Below, one piece after another: positions 48,822-61,999 of a DNA stretch of 64,000 bases; position 1 is the stretch's first letter; each line of letters opens with the position of its first letter. The DNA is from Cetorhinus maximus (Eukaryota): assembly GCF_964194155.1 (NCBI RefSeq), contig NC_135901.1, positions 25,482,001-25,546,000 on the forward strand. Direction: 5' to 3'. Position numbers and translations under genes: made by a program. The notes under the pieces are model-generated. The model had not been told where the DNA came from. It saw only the letters and a list, made by a program, of their open reading frames with translations, and did not search any database.

Positions 48822-50579
48822 GGTATGGGTGTCCTCGTATCTCTCCAGGTTGGTCGGTCAGTTGAAGCCTCGTCCACACACAGAGCATATGTACAGATCT
48901 CTCCACTGTGAACAGTGTAATGTTTTTTCAGGCTGTGTAACTGGTTAAAGCTCTTTCCCACAGTCAGTGCACTGGAAAACTGTCACTCGGGTGTGTGGGT
49001 GTCTCGGTGCTTTTCCAGTCACACTGATAGTTGAATTCTTCTCCCACAGACAGAACAGACAAACATTTCTCCTTCCACCTTTTAAATGCTCGAAGGCCGT
49101 TGATATTCAAGTCCTGATGAATCGAGTGGCTCTGTCAGATCTTGATCTGATGTTTGGTTTGAGTTTCCCATTAGCAAGTCCTCTCCTCCTAATCCTCTGT
49201 AAATAGAGTTGACAGAGTCAGTTACAATTGTTCAAAATCTGGATAAGTGTCAAATCAGCTTTGTATTAAACACAGTGTGTTGTGTCTTTTTAAAAGCACG
49301 AAGACAAGTTAGTTCCTTTTGACATGCTCTTTTTGTTCTTTCACAACAGCCAGTTTGTGCACAGCAAGATCCCCACAAACAGTAAGACAAATGACCAATT
49401 AATCCAGATTTTTTTTTTGGTGGTGTTAGTTAAAACACGAATGTTGGTTCCACTGCACCAGGAGAACTCCCCTGTGGACAGTATGTGGAGTTGTTGAGAT
49501 CTCCTGAGTTGAGTGGAGCTGATTGAGCTGCTGGACCTGCAGTGTACCTTGAAGAACCTCTGTCTGGGATCTTTCCTCTTAATTCGCTGACTGCCAGTCG
49601 AAGTTGTTTCTGCAGCAAAATAGGTAACTTTGAATATCAATTTCAATTTAATCTTTGGAGCAAAATCGACAACTTTTAATCAGCTGTAAAACAGAAAGAA
49701 AGTTCTTGTGTTCATTTAGCACCTTTCAGATCCTCAGAACATCCCAAAGGGATTCACAGTCAATGATACATTTTGGAAGGAAGAATGAGGAGAGGCAGAA
49801 TAAACTAAATGGTACAATTTTAAACAGAGTGCAGGAACAAGAACACCCTGTATGTAGAGAAATCTTTGGAGGTAGCAGGACTATTTGATAAAGCTTTAAT
49901 AAAGCACAAATGATCCTGTTTTCATTGAAATAGGCTCAGAGTACAAAAGCAAGGAAGCTATAGTAAACTTTTATTAAACCACTGGTGAGACCTCAGCTGG
50001 ATATTATGACCAATTCTGGGCACCGCAATTTAGAAAGGACGTCACTATCTCAGAGAAGGTGCAGGAGAGATTCAACAGAATGATACCAAGCCTGAAGGAT
50101 TTCAGTTCTGTGGAGGGACTGGATAAGTTGGGATTTCCCTCCTTGGAGCAAGGAGATTAGGGAGAAATTTAATGGTGGTGTTCAAAATGCTGAGAGGTTT
50201 CGACAGGTAGATAGGAACAAAATGTTTCCACTGTAGGAGAGTCAGTTAGCTCTGGAATTCCTTCCCTAAACATCTCCACCTCACTTTCCTCCTTTAAGAT
50301 ATTCCTTAAATCCTACCTCTTTGACGAAGTTTTTGGTCTCATCTGTTAATCCTTACATGGCTCATTGTCAAATGGTGATTGATAACTCTCCTGTGAAATG
50401 CTTTGGGGTGTTTCACAATGTTAAAGGTGCTACATAAATACAAGCTGTGGATGTGAGAGTCATACTGGATTATGAATTATAAATTGTACAAACATTAAAA
50501 AAGGAAAAGAGGATTTAAATCTGTCTGGTCTTTGATTACCTCTGCTCCAGATCCAAACAAATGTATTAAACAACAATAC

Positions 50580-51390
50580 TGAAGCAGTCACTGTCCAAAT
50601 GCAGCAAGACCTGGGCAATATCCAGGCTTTGGCTGACAAGTGGCAAACAACATTCGTGCCTCACAAGTGCAGGACAATGACCATATCCAACAAGAGAGAA
50701 TCTAACCATCGCCCCTTGACATACAATGGCATTACCATCACTGAATCCCCCACTATCAACATCCTGGAGGCTACCATTGACCAGAAACTGAACTGGACAA
50801 GCCATATAAATACTGTGGCTACAAGAGCAGTCAGAGGTTAGAGATCCTGGGGCGATTAGCTCACCTCCTGACTCCCCAAAGGTGTCCACCATCTGCAAGG
50901 CACAAGTCAGGAGTGTGATGGAATGCTCTCTGCTTGTCTGGGTGAGTGCAGCTCCAACAACACTCAAGAAACTTGACACCATCCATGTCAAAGCAGCCTG
51001 CTTGATTGGCACCCCATCCACAAACATTCGCTCCCTCCACCACTGACGAACAGTGCCAGCAGTGTGTACCATCTCCAAGATGCACTGCAGAAACTTGCCA
51101 AGGCTCCTTAGACAGCACCTTCCAAACCCATGACTGCTACTATTTAGAAGGACAAGGGCAGCAGATACATGGGAACACCACCAAATGGAAGTTCTCCTCC
51201 AAGGCACTCACCATCTTGATTTGGAAATATATCACCGTTCCTTCGCTGTCACTGGGTCAAAATCCTAGATCTCCCTCCCTAACAGCACTGGGTGTACCTA
51301 CGCCACCACCACCTCAAGGGCAATGAGGGACGGGCAACAAATGGTGGTCTAGCCAGTGACGCCCACATCCCATAAATGAATAAAAAAAGG
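50580..51390 (+). mobile_element. CR1-B LINE 3' fragment
   Basis: 'MQQDLGNIQALADKWQTTFVPHKC..TISNKRESNH' plus the family tail. Confidence 0.8.
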
Positions 51391-51769
51391 GTATGGTGGC
51401 ACAAAAATAAAATGCTGGAAATCTGAATTTAAAAACAAACAGAAAATGCTGACATCCAGAGGTATCTACTTTTATTTCAGGGAATAGTGGGACTTGGTTC
51501 CAGTGGGACTGAACCCCTGGTTCCAGTGGGACTAGACCCTGGTCTCCATGGGACTGAAACCTCAGTCACCAGCTCTTGTTTGCCTAAAATCCCTACCCCT
51601 GCATTGCGATTGTTTTTGACCGAGTGGGCCCCGGACTTTTGTGCTTCAGTTTTTTGTTACCCTCCCTGTTCTGAAAGGGCTTTTGCCCCTCAAATCCCCA
51701 CGCTGCCAGAGAAAACCAATGTTTCAATCGGAGATCCGCTGCTTTGATGGTGTGTGTCTGTACCCAGAA

Positions 51770-52260
51770 TGCACAGCAGGACAGAAAGCCTGCCACTCAG
51801 TCTGGAGAGGGAACTCTCCTTGGTCATGTGCAGCGTTGTTTGTATTTTTCCACAAGTGGATAAGGGGTTTGTACGGAGGTCCCAGTGGTGTAGTTTGGCT
51901 GCGCCGGGGCCTTCCCTGTCCTGAACCTGTTCAGCAAGGACCACTCTCATCGTGGCAGTTCAAAGCCATTCAGCAGATTGGGCTTGTCACGAGGAACCTG
52001 TCAGTGACTTTCTGTGGTTCCATTGCTTGATCCAAAGGATGTCTGCTGGTCAATCTTGCTCAGGAAGGGTGCTCCATATGGGGCAGCGAGATGGACGGTG
52101 GGCAGTAGGTTGGTTGAACAGGTCACCATGGAGTGGTTAGTGAGGAGCAGTACAGATGGCTTCAACCAGCTTGTGGGTTTTAGTCAGTTGGCGGATATGT
52201 GGCGGAGTGATGTTTATGAGGACAGGAAGCCAGGGGAGGGGTGTTGAGTGGAGAGTTCCA
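51770..52260 (-). mobile_element. I-group (Ingi/Vingi-like) LINE ORF2 C-terminal fragment
   Basis: Minus strand reads 'NGFELPR*EWSLLNRFRTGKG...LHHWDLRTNPLSTCGKIQTTLHMTKE', a decayed LNRxRTG...CxCG..QT..H...C motif. Confidence 0.55.
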
Positions 52261-52454
52261 GTTATGATTTGCATTGACAGTGAGATAACAGCAAACAACA
52301 ATATAAACCTCTAATAACAGCCTCCACCGCTTCCCTCCGAGCCGGATCACAACAAAAACCTGAGAGCAGAGGCAGTCCCAAAATCCAGGAGAGGCAGAGA
52401 GTGTCTGTAAATGTAGGAGAAATGGACATTGGTCAGGGAGCATCTGCATTGAGT

Positions 52455-53105
52455 CTTATTGAGGGTTTGGTGCCTCCAGCTGGTGTTTCTGAATCCTCCC
52501 CGTCCACCTCCCAGGGTTTCCTCCCTTCCCACAGATCAGATTCCTCATTGATTTGAGCCCAAAGTGTAACCTCTTATTTATTGTCCCCCCTCCCCCATCC
52601 TCTGATGTGAACCATCCACCACTCGCTGACCCAGGCTGGCGGCCGTTAATCTGGGCCTGTTCCCAGGAGGGAGAAGCCCCGCAGCTGTAAACCAGGAGCT
52701 GACAATTATTCCTCAGGGTTTGCGGATCCACAAAGTGTTTCCAAATCCTCCCCATCCAGCCGCCAGCTCCATCGCTCCCTCCCCCCGGGCCTGTCACCGC
52801 GGGGTAAACACGGGGCCTGGGGCCTAACCTAGAAGTTGATCCAGTTCTCAGTCCAGCCGCGGTTTCCAATCCTACCGTGCTCACAATCTCCTCCCGCCTC
52901 CCGAACAGTCCGCTCCTCCTCACTCTGTCACCATGACTGACACTGAGCATGCTCAGAGCGCACACCCACACTGCACCTGCGCATTGGGAATGGGCTCACC
53001 GGCCTCCGCCATCTTGGGAGAGGAAGGCGGGTCTTGTTCAGGGAGCTGGGCGCATGGGTGGCCATCTTGGTGAGGGAATGGGAACTGAGGGCGGGGCTTC
53101 CTCCA
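52455..53105 (-). promoter_or_regulatory. GC-rich promoter/5' cassette of the ZNF at 47928-48821
   Basis: Minus-strand YY1-like AAGATGGCGG, tgcgcaggtgc, gagcatgctcagtgtcagtcatg and GC box; near-identical to 62636-63290. Confidence 0.6.
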
Positions 53106-53586
53106 TGGTCATGTTGGGGTTTATTTAAATCTAACAGCTTTTCTTTAATTAAAAAAACCCAGGAAATTTGGTGAAAAGCAGAAAAACCCCAGCTATCACC
53201 ATGACTTTGTCATTCTCTTACTCACCAGCAAGGCCATCTCTCTTTGCTTCCTTGTGTCCCTCACATTCCCTGTCCTTCTGTATCCACTCAGAAAAACTCT
53301 CCCTAAGTCACTTACAGCAACTCTTTCAAACTCACAATGGTCTCGCCATTGGCCATCTATTCGTCACAATACTTCTACAACTGGTGATCTGCTCAAGCCA
53401 CTCCCACAACCTCTGAAGCCTTTGCCCTCAGTTAAACCCAGACTCTCTCCTACCCCTTATCACTCTCCCATCTTTTCTTCTTCAAGGCCAAGGAACACAG
53501 AACATACAAGCAAAACACTGTGGACGCTGGAAATCTGAAATAAAAACAGAAAGTGCTGGAAAAACTCAGCAGGTCTGACGGCATCT

Positions 53587-56500
53587 TTTTAAAAATTCAT
53601 TCATGGGATGTGAGCTTCGCTGGCTGGGCCAGCATTTATTGCCCATCCCTAGTTGCCCTTGAGATGGTGCTGGTCAGCTGCCTCCTTGAACCACTGCAGT
53701 CCATGTGGTATAGGTACAGCCACATTGCTGTTAGGAAGGGAGATCCAGGATTTTGACCCAGCAACAGTGAAGGAATGATATATTTCCAAGTCACGATGGT
53801 GAGTGACTTGGAGGGGAGCATCCAGGTGGTGGTGTTCTTATCTGTCTGCTGCTCTTTGTTCTTCCAGATGGTAGTGGTCTAGGCTTTGGAAGGTGCTCTC
53901 TAAGGAACCTTGGTGAGTTCCTGCAGTGCATCTTGTAGATGGTACACACTGCTGCTTCTGTGCGTCTCTGCTGGAGGGAGTAAATGTTTGTGGATGTGGA
54001 GTCAATCAAGCGGGCCACTTTGTCCTGGATGGTGTCAAGCTCCATGAGTGTTGTGGGAGCTGCACTCATCCAGGCAAGTGGGGAGTATTCCATCACACTC
54101 TTGACTTGTGCCTTTAGATGGTGGACAAGCTTTGGGGAGTCTGGAGGTGGGTTACTCATCGCACGATTCCTAGCCTCTGACCTGCTCTTGCCGCCACGGT
54201 ATTTATATGGCTAGTCCAGTTCAGTTCCTGGTCAATGGTCACCCCCAGGGTGTTGATAGTGGGGGATTCAGTTATAGTAATGCCATTAAACATGCCATTG
54301 AACATCAAGGGGCGATGGTTGGATTCTCTCTTGTTGGAGATGGTCATTGCCTGACACTGGTGTGGCACGAATGTTACTTGCCACTTGTCAGCCCAAGCCT
54401 GGATATTGTCCAGGTCTTGCTGCATTTGGACATGGACTGCTTCAGTATCTGAGGAGTTGCAAATGGTGCTGAACATCGTGCAATCATCAGCGAACATCCC
54501 CAATTCTGACCTTATGATGGAAGAAAGGTCATTGATGAAGCAGCTGAAGATGGTTGGGCCGAGGACGCTCCCCCGAGGAACTCCTGCGGTGATGTCCTGG
54601 AGCTGAATGACTGACCTCCAACAAGCGCAGCCATCTTCCTTTGTGCTAGGTATGACTCCAACCAGTGAAGAGTTTTCCCCCCGATTCCCATTGACTCGTT
54701 TTTCTCGGGCTCCTTGATGCCACACTCGGTCAAACGCTGCCTTGATGTCAAGGTCAGTCACTCTCACCTCACTTCTGGAGTTCAGCTCTTTTGTCCATGT
54801 TTGAACCAAGACTGTAATGAGGTCAGGAGCTGGGTGGCCCTGGCGGAACCCAAACTGAGCGTCAGTGAGCAGGTTATTGCTCAGCAAGTGCTGCTTGATA
54901 ACACTGTTGATAACCCCTTCCATTACTTTACTGATGATCGAGAGTAGGCTGATGGGGTGGTAATTGGCCCGGTTGCAAGAAATGATGTAGGGTCAGATGA
55001 TGTAGAATCTGTGTGGGTAGAGTTGGGGAACCGCAAAGGTGAAAAAACCATAATGGGAGTTATGTACAGGCCTCCGAACAGTAGTCAGGATGTGGGGCAC
55101 AAGATACACCAGGAGATAGAAAAGGTGTGTAAGAAAGGCAAGGTTACAGTGATCATGGGGGATTTCAATATGCAGGTAGAATGGGAAAATCAGGTTGGTA
55201 GTGGATCCCAAGAAAAGGAATTTGTGGAATGTCTACGAGATGGTTTTTTGGAGCAGCTTGTGGTGGAGCCCACTAGGGAACAGGCAATTCTAGATTTAGT
55301 GATGTGTAATGAGGCAGATTTGATAAGGGAGCTTAAGGTGAAGGAACCCTTAGGGGGAAGTGACCATAATATGATAGAATTTGCCCTGCAATTTGAGAGG
55401 AAAAAGCTGGAATCAGATGTAACGGTATTACAGTTGAATAAAGGCAACTACAGAGGCATGAGGGAGGAGCTGGCCAGAATTGACTGAGAGATGAGCCTAG
55501 CAGGAAAGACAGTGGAACAGCAATGGCAGGAGTTTCTGGGAGTAATTTGGGAGACACAGCAAAAATTCATCCCTAGGAAGAAGAAGCATACTAAAGGGAG
55601 GACGAGGCAACCATGGCTGACAAGGGAAGTCAGGGACAGGATAAAAGCTAAAGAGAAAGCATACAATGCGACGAAGAGCAGTGGGAAACCAGGGGATTGG
55701 GAAGCCTACAAAGACCAACAGAGAACAACTAAAAAAATAAGGAGGGAGAAGATTAAATATGAGGGTAAACTAGCCAGTAATATAAAAGAAGATTGAAAGA
55801 GTTTTTTTATATAAAGGGTAAGAGAGAGGCAAAAGTGGACATTGGGCTGCTGGAAAATGACACTGGAGGAGTAGTAGTGGGGAACAAAGAAATGGCAGAG
55901 GAACTGAATAGTTACTTTGCGTCAGTCTTCACAGCGGAAGAAACGAGTGACATCCCCAAAGTTCAAGAGAGTCGGGGGGCAGAGGTGAGTATGGTGGCCA
56001 TTACCAAGGAGAAGGTGCTAGGTAAACTGAAAGGTCTGAAGGTGGATAAATCACCTGGACCAGATGGGTTACACCCCAGAGTTCTGAAGGAGATAGCTGA
56101 AGAGATAGTGGAGGCCTTAGTTGTGATCTTTCAGGAATCACTGGAGTCAGGGAGGGTCCCGGAGAACTGGAAAATCGCTAATGTAACCCCCCTGTTTAAG
56201 AAGGGAGTGAGGCAAAAGACGGGAAATTACAGGCCGATTAGCCTGACCTCGGTCGTTGGTAAGATTTTAGAGTCCATTACTGAGGATGAGATTTCAGAAT
56301 ACTTGGAAGTGCATGGTAAAATTGGGCAAAGTCGGCATGGTTTCATCAAGGGGAGGTCATGCCTGACAAATATGTTAGAATTCTTTGAGGAGGTAACGAG
56401 TAGGTTAGATGGATGTTATCTACTTGGACTTCCAGAAGGCCTTTGACAAGGTGCTGCACAGGAGGCTGCTCAGTAAGATAAGAGCCCATGGTGTTAGAGG

Positions 56501-57727
56501 CAAGGTACTAGCATGGATAGAAGATTGGCTGTCTGGCAGGAGGCAGAGAGTGAGGATAAGGGGGTCTTTCTCAGGATGGCGGCTGGTGACTAGTGGAGTT
56601 CCACAGGGGTCAGTGTTGGGACCACAACTTTTCACTTTATACATTAATGATCTAGATGAAGGAACTGAGGGCATCCTGGCTAAGTTTGCAGATGATACAA
56701 AGATAGGTGGAGGGACAGGTTATATTCAGGAGGCAGGGAGGCTGCAGAAGGATTTGGACAGGTTAGGAGAATGGGCAAAGAAGTGGCAGATGGAATACAA
56801 CGTGGGGAAGTGTGAAGTCATGCACTTTGGTAGGAAGAATAGAGGCATAGACTATTTTCTAAATGGGGAGACAATTCAGAAGTCTGGAGTGCAAAGGGAC
56901 TTGGGAGTCCTAGTCCAGGATTCTCTTAAGGTTAACTTGCAGGTTGAGTCGGTAGTTAGGAAGGCAAATGCAATGTTGGCATTTATTTCGAGAGGACTAG
57001 AATATAAAAGCAGGGATGTGCTGCTGAGGCTTTATAAGGCTCTGGTCAGACCACATTTAGAATATTGTGAGCAATTTTGGGCCCCGTATCTCAGGAAGGA
57101 TGTGCTGGCCCTGGAGAGGGTCCAGATGAGGTTCATGAGAACGATCCCAGGAATGAAAGGCTTAACATATGAGGAACGTTTGAGGACTGTGGGTCTATAC
57201 TTGATGGAGTTTAGAAGGATGAGGGGGGATCTGATTGAAACTTACAGAATACTGAAAGGCCTGGATAGAGTGGACATGGGGAAGATGTTTCCATTAGTAG
57301 GAAAGACTAGGACCCGAGGGCACAGCCTCAGAGTAAAGGGAAGACCTTTTAGAACAGAGATGAGGAGAAACCTCTTTAGCCAGAGAGTGGTGAATCTATG
57401 GAATTCATTGCCACAGAAGGCAGTGGAGGCCAGGTCATTGAGTGTATTTAAGACCGAGAAACATAGGTTCTTGATTGGTAAGGGTATCAAAGGTTACGGG
57501 GAGAAGGCGGGAGAATGGGTTTGAGAAACTTATCAGCCATGATTAAATGGCAGAGCAGACTTGATGGACCGAATGGTCTAATTTCTGCTCCTATGTCTTA
57601 TGTTCTTATGGTTGGATTTGACCTGCTTTTTGTGTACAGGACATACCTGGGCAATTTTCCACATAGCTGGGTAGATGCCAGTATTGTAGCTGTACTGGAG
57701 CAGCTTGGCTAGGGGCGTGGCAAGTTT
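53587..57727 (-). mobile_element. CR1-B LINE copy (RT and tail), split by the CR1-A insertion
   Basis: ORF 54156-54923 (QFGFRQ, AFDRV, VPRGSVLGP, FADD); host sequence resumes at 57610-57727. Confidence 0.85.
54976..57609 (+). mobile_element. Young CR1 LINE (family A) ORF2: partial EN, RT and 3' tail
   Basis: MGDFN, LDLV, SDH (EN); NYRPISLTS, KFADD (RT); tail atgtcttatgttcttat; probable TSD ggttg at 54971-54975 and 57610-57614. Confidence 0.92.
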
Positions 57728-57791
57728 TGTGGAGAGAGAAACAGAGTTCAAGATTTGAGTCAGTATGACTCTTCTTCAGAGCTCACTCCCC

Positions 57792-58571
57792 CATCACGAC
57801 TGTGCTGCCCTTTACCCCGACCATCCCCAAGTCCCACTCATGCATCACGACTGTGCTGCCCTTTACCCCGACCGTCCCCAAGTCCCACTCACGCATCACG
57901 ACTGTGCTGCCCTTTACCCCGACCGTCCCCAAGTCCCACTCACGCATCACGACTGTGCTGCCCTTTACCCCGACCGTCCCCAAGTCCCACTCACGCATCA
58001 CGACTGTGCTGCCCTTTACCCCGACCGTCCCCAAGTCCCACTCACGGATCACGACTGTGCTGCCCTTTACCCCGTCCATCCCCAAGTCCCACTCACACAT
58101 CACGACCGTGCTGCCCTTTACCCCGACCATCCCCAAGTCCCACTCATGCATCATGACTGTGCTGCCCTTTACCCCGACCATCCCCAAGTCCCACTCATGC
58201 ATCACGACTGTGCTGCCCTTTACCCCGACCATCCCCAAGTCCCACTCATGCATCACGACTGTGCTGCCCTTTACCCCGACCATCCCCAAGTCCCACTCAC
58301 GCATCACGACCGTGCTGCCCTTTACCCCGACCGTCCCCAAGTCCCACTCACGCATCACGACCGTGCTGCCCTTTACCCCGACCATCCCCAAGTCCCACTC
58401 ACGCATCATGACTGTGCTGCCCTTTACGCTGACTGTCCCCAAGTCCCACTCATGCATCACGACTGTGCTGCCCTTTACCCCGACCATCCCCAAGTCCCAC
58501 TCACGCATCACGACTGTGCTGCCCTTTACCCCGACCATCCCCAAGTCCCACTCCCCCAGCATGACTGTGCT
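57792..58571. repeat. 51-bp minisatellite, 15 full units plus a partial unit
   Basis: Unit catcacgactgtgctgccctttaccccgacc(a/g)tccccaagtcccactca(t/c)g; runs directly into L2 3' sequence. Confidence 0.97.
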
Positions 58572-59005
58572 CACCGACCTACAAAGGCTCCAGCTCCACC
58601 AGTGCCTCCATTTTCAAATTCTAATCTCCTGTTCAAATCCCTTCAGTTCCACACCCCCTCCCTATGTCTGTAACATTTTCCAGCCGGACAACCCTCAGAG
58701 AGCTCTGCATCCCACCAACTCTGGCCTCTTACACATCCCTCACTCTCTCCGTCCCATTGGCCATGCCTTCAGTCATCGGCCTTAACCCTGGACTTCCTTC
58801 CCTATCCCTCTCTGCCGGTCCACAGCTCTCCCCCTTTAAGAGTCTCTTAAACACGTATATCTTTTACCAAGCCTTTAGTCAGCCCCCTTAATATCCTCTT
58901 CTTTGGCTCTGTGTCAGGTTTTGTCTGATTTGTCAGTTTATGCTTCTGAGATTCACCATGAGACACTCTCCTACCCTAAAGGTGTGATGTAAAGGAAAGT
59001 TATTT
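58572..59005 (+). mobile_element. L2 LINE 3' end
   Basis: ctgtgctcaccgacctaca..ggctcc...ttttcaaattctaatctcctgttcaaatcc...taaaggtg; homologous to the L2 end at 5260-5630. Confidence 0.65.
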
Positions 59006-59446
59006 TTCAATCACATTGTGACAGACTGGAGAAGCCAGGGTTAAAATAACATCTGAGGAAATGGAGTGAGGTCACAGATCAGCCATGACCTCAAGGAAGG
59101 AGAGAACAGGCTCGAGTGGGTAAATGACCTTCTCCTGTCCCTAATAAACTTGGACTCAAACACCAGCTGATAAATGGAAAGTCATGGGAGAACTGGGGAG
59201 AAGACACTTCAGCAGAAACCAGCACTGGAGCAGAGTTAGAGAGGGGGAGAAGTCTAGGCAGAAACTACACAGGAACTGGAGTAGGTCATTCAGTCCTTCA
59301 AGCCTGCTCTGTCATTCAATTAGGCTGCTCTGGCTGATCAATTGGTTTCTCATGAAGATTTATTTGATTTATATCCAGAATATTAAGCTCCAGCCCAGTG
59401 ATAAGGGAAATTAACATCAGCAGAAACAACCCCCAACTGTCAGAAT

Positions 59447-60754
59447 ACGAACATACGAATTAGGAGTAGGATTAGGTCATTCAGCCCCTTGAACTTGCTC
59501 CACCATTCAACAGGATCATGACTGATCAGAATGTGCCCTCAACTCCATTTCCCTGCCTACCCCTGATAACCTTTGAATCCCTTGTCAGTCAAGAATCTAT
59601 CAAACTCAGCTTTAAAAATATTCAATGGCCCTGCCTCCACCACTTTCTGGGGAAGAGAGTTTCACAGACTTATGACCCTCTGAGAGAAAAAGAATTCTCT
59701 TCATCTCCACCTTAAATGAGAGACCTCTTATTTTTAAACTGCGTGCGCTAGTTCTAGCCTCTACACAATCAACATCCACCCTGTCAAGTCCGCTCAGGAT
59801 TTTATGTTTCAATAAGATCACCTTTCATTCTTCTCAATTCCAGTGGATACTGGCCCAACCTGTCCAACCTTTCCTCATAACATAATCTCCTCCCATCCCC
59901 GGAATCAGCTGAGTGAACCTTCTCTGAACTGCTTCAAACGCAATTGTACCCTTTCTTACATAAGGAGACCAAAACTGTAGACAGTATTCTAGATGTGGTC
60001 TCATGAAAACCCTGTAGCAAAACATCCCTGAGCAATAAATGACAATATTCCATTTGCCTTCCTAATCACTTACTGTACCTGCATACTAACCTTTCCTGAT
60101 TCATGTACCAGGACACCCAGATCCCTCTGTACCTTTGAGTTCTGTAATTTCTCCACATTTCAATAAAATGCTGCTTTTTTATTCCTCCTCCAAAGTGGAC
60201 AAGTTCACATTTTCCCACATTATACTCCATCTGCCAAATCTTTTGCCCATTCACTTAACCTGTCTATATCCCTTTGCAGACTCCTTATGATGATTAACAA
60301 CTTACTTTCCAACCTATCTTTGCATCATCAGCAAATTTAGCAACCATACATTTGATCCCGTCATCCAAGTCATTAATATAAATTGTAAATAGTTGAGGCC
60401 CCGATGCTGATCTCTGTGGCACACCACAGGTTACATCTTGTCAACTCAAAAATGACCCACTTATCCCTATTCTCTGTTTCCTGTTAGCCAACCAATCTCT
60501 ATCCAAGCTAATATGTCACCCCAACATGATGAGCTCTTATTTTGCGTCGTAACCTTTGATATGGTACCTGTCAATTCCCTTCTGGAAATCTAAATACACC
60601 ACATCCACAGGTTCTCCTTTATCTACATTGCTTGTTACTTCCTCAAATACCTCCAATAAATTAGTCAAACATGATTTCCTTTGCACAAAACCATGTTGAC
60701 CCTGCCTGATTGCATTGAGATTATCGAAGTGCCCCACTCCAGCCTCCTTGACAA
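59447..60754 (-). mobile_element. CR1 LINE 3' fragment inserted in the 3'UTR of the ZNF at 60824
   Basis: 'QHGFVQRKSCLTNLLE..VDVVYLDFQK' RT motif; probable TSD cagaat (59441-59446 and 60755-60760); the ZNF 3'UTR resumes at 59350-59446. Confidence 0.8.
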
Positions 60755-60823
60755 CAGAATTCTCTTGGTTCAATCCTGGATGTGATGAACAGCAGCAATA
60801 ACAGCAGAATATTACCCTTGCAG

Positions 60824-61999
60824 TCACTTGTGAACTCGCTGGTGTCTCAGCAGATTGGATGACTGAGCAAATGTCTTCCCACATGTGGAGCAGGTGAATG
60901 ACCTCTCTCTAGTGTGAACCTGCTGGTGTCTCAGCAGGTGGGATGACTGAGTGAATCTCTTCCCACATGTGGAGCAGGTGAATGACCTCTCTCCTGTGTG
61001 AATTTGCTGGTGTCTCAGCAGGTCCTTTGTGCTCTTAAAGCTCTTCTCACAGTCAGGACATTTAAAAGGTCTGTGATCAGTGTGAACAAGTTGATGTACA
61101 GTGAGCTGGGATGGCTGAGTGAACCCCTTCCCACACATGGAGCAAGTGAACGGTCTCTCCCCAGTGTGAATTCGCTCATGTATCAGAAGGTGGGGTGAAT
61201 TAGTGAACCCCTTCCCACACACAGAGCAAATGAATGGCCTCTCGCCGGTGTGAACTCGCTGGTGTCTCAGACGCTGGGATGAATGGGTGAATCCTATTCC
61301 ACACACGGAGCAAGTGAATGGCCTCTCTCCTGTGTGAATTCGCTGATGTGTCACTAGATCCTGTTTGCTTTTAAAGCTCTTCTCACAGTCAGAACATTGA
61401 AATGGTCTATTATCAGAGTGAACGCGTTGGTGTGTCAGCAGGTGGGATAAAAGTCTGAATCTCTTCTCACACAGGGGGCAGATGAATGGTTTCTCCTCAG
61501 TGTGAGTGCGTTGATGGGCTTGTAAATCATTTTCACTTTTAAAACACTTCCAACAGTGAGAACATTGAAAAGGTCGCTGATCAGAGTGAACAAGTTGGTG
61601 TCTCAGAAGGTGGGATGATTGAGTGAATCCCTTCCCACACACAGAGCAGAGGAAAGGCCTCACCCCCATGTGAGTGTGTTGGTGTCTCTGCAGGTCCTTT
61701 GTGCTTTTAAAGCTCTTCTCACAGGCAGAACATTGAAAAGGTCTCTGATCAGAGTGAATCTGCTGGTGAATCAGGAGGTTTGATAAAGCATTACATCCAT
61801 TCCCACATTTGAGGCAGGTCAATGGCCTCTCGCCAGTATGAACATGGCATGTATCGAGACTGGATGAGAGAGCAAATCCCTTCTCATGCTCAGAGCAGGT
61901 GAATGGCCTCTCTCTGGTGTGACTGTGTTGATGAATATCCAATTCAGATGGGTAACTGAATCCCTTCCCACAGTCCCCAAATTTCCACAGTTTCTCTGT
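60824..61999 (-). pseudogene. C2H2 zinc-finger array (12 intact fingers) with ancestral start lost (ATG>ACA)
   Basis: 'TEKLWKFGDC' replaces [10 protein letters not shown]; frame is open to TGA at 60824. Close paralog of 20128-21276 (NALSNL, KSTKDL, VHxDQRPF). Confidence 0.65.

Noticed and set aside
51488-51562. Short tgggact...ctggttccag repeats as a regulatory array
   Set aside because: Only three to four irregular 16-23-bp units between TE fragments; ordinary slippage is sufficient.
57755-58785. Long repetitive ORFs (302, 327 and 263 aa) as a His/Cys-rich or mucin-like protein
   Set aside because: Artefact of a 51-bp (3n) minisatellite that is open in several frames on both strands and derives from L2.
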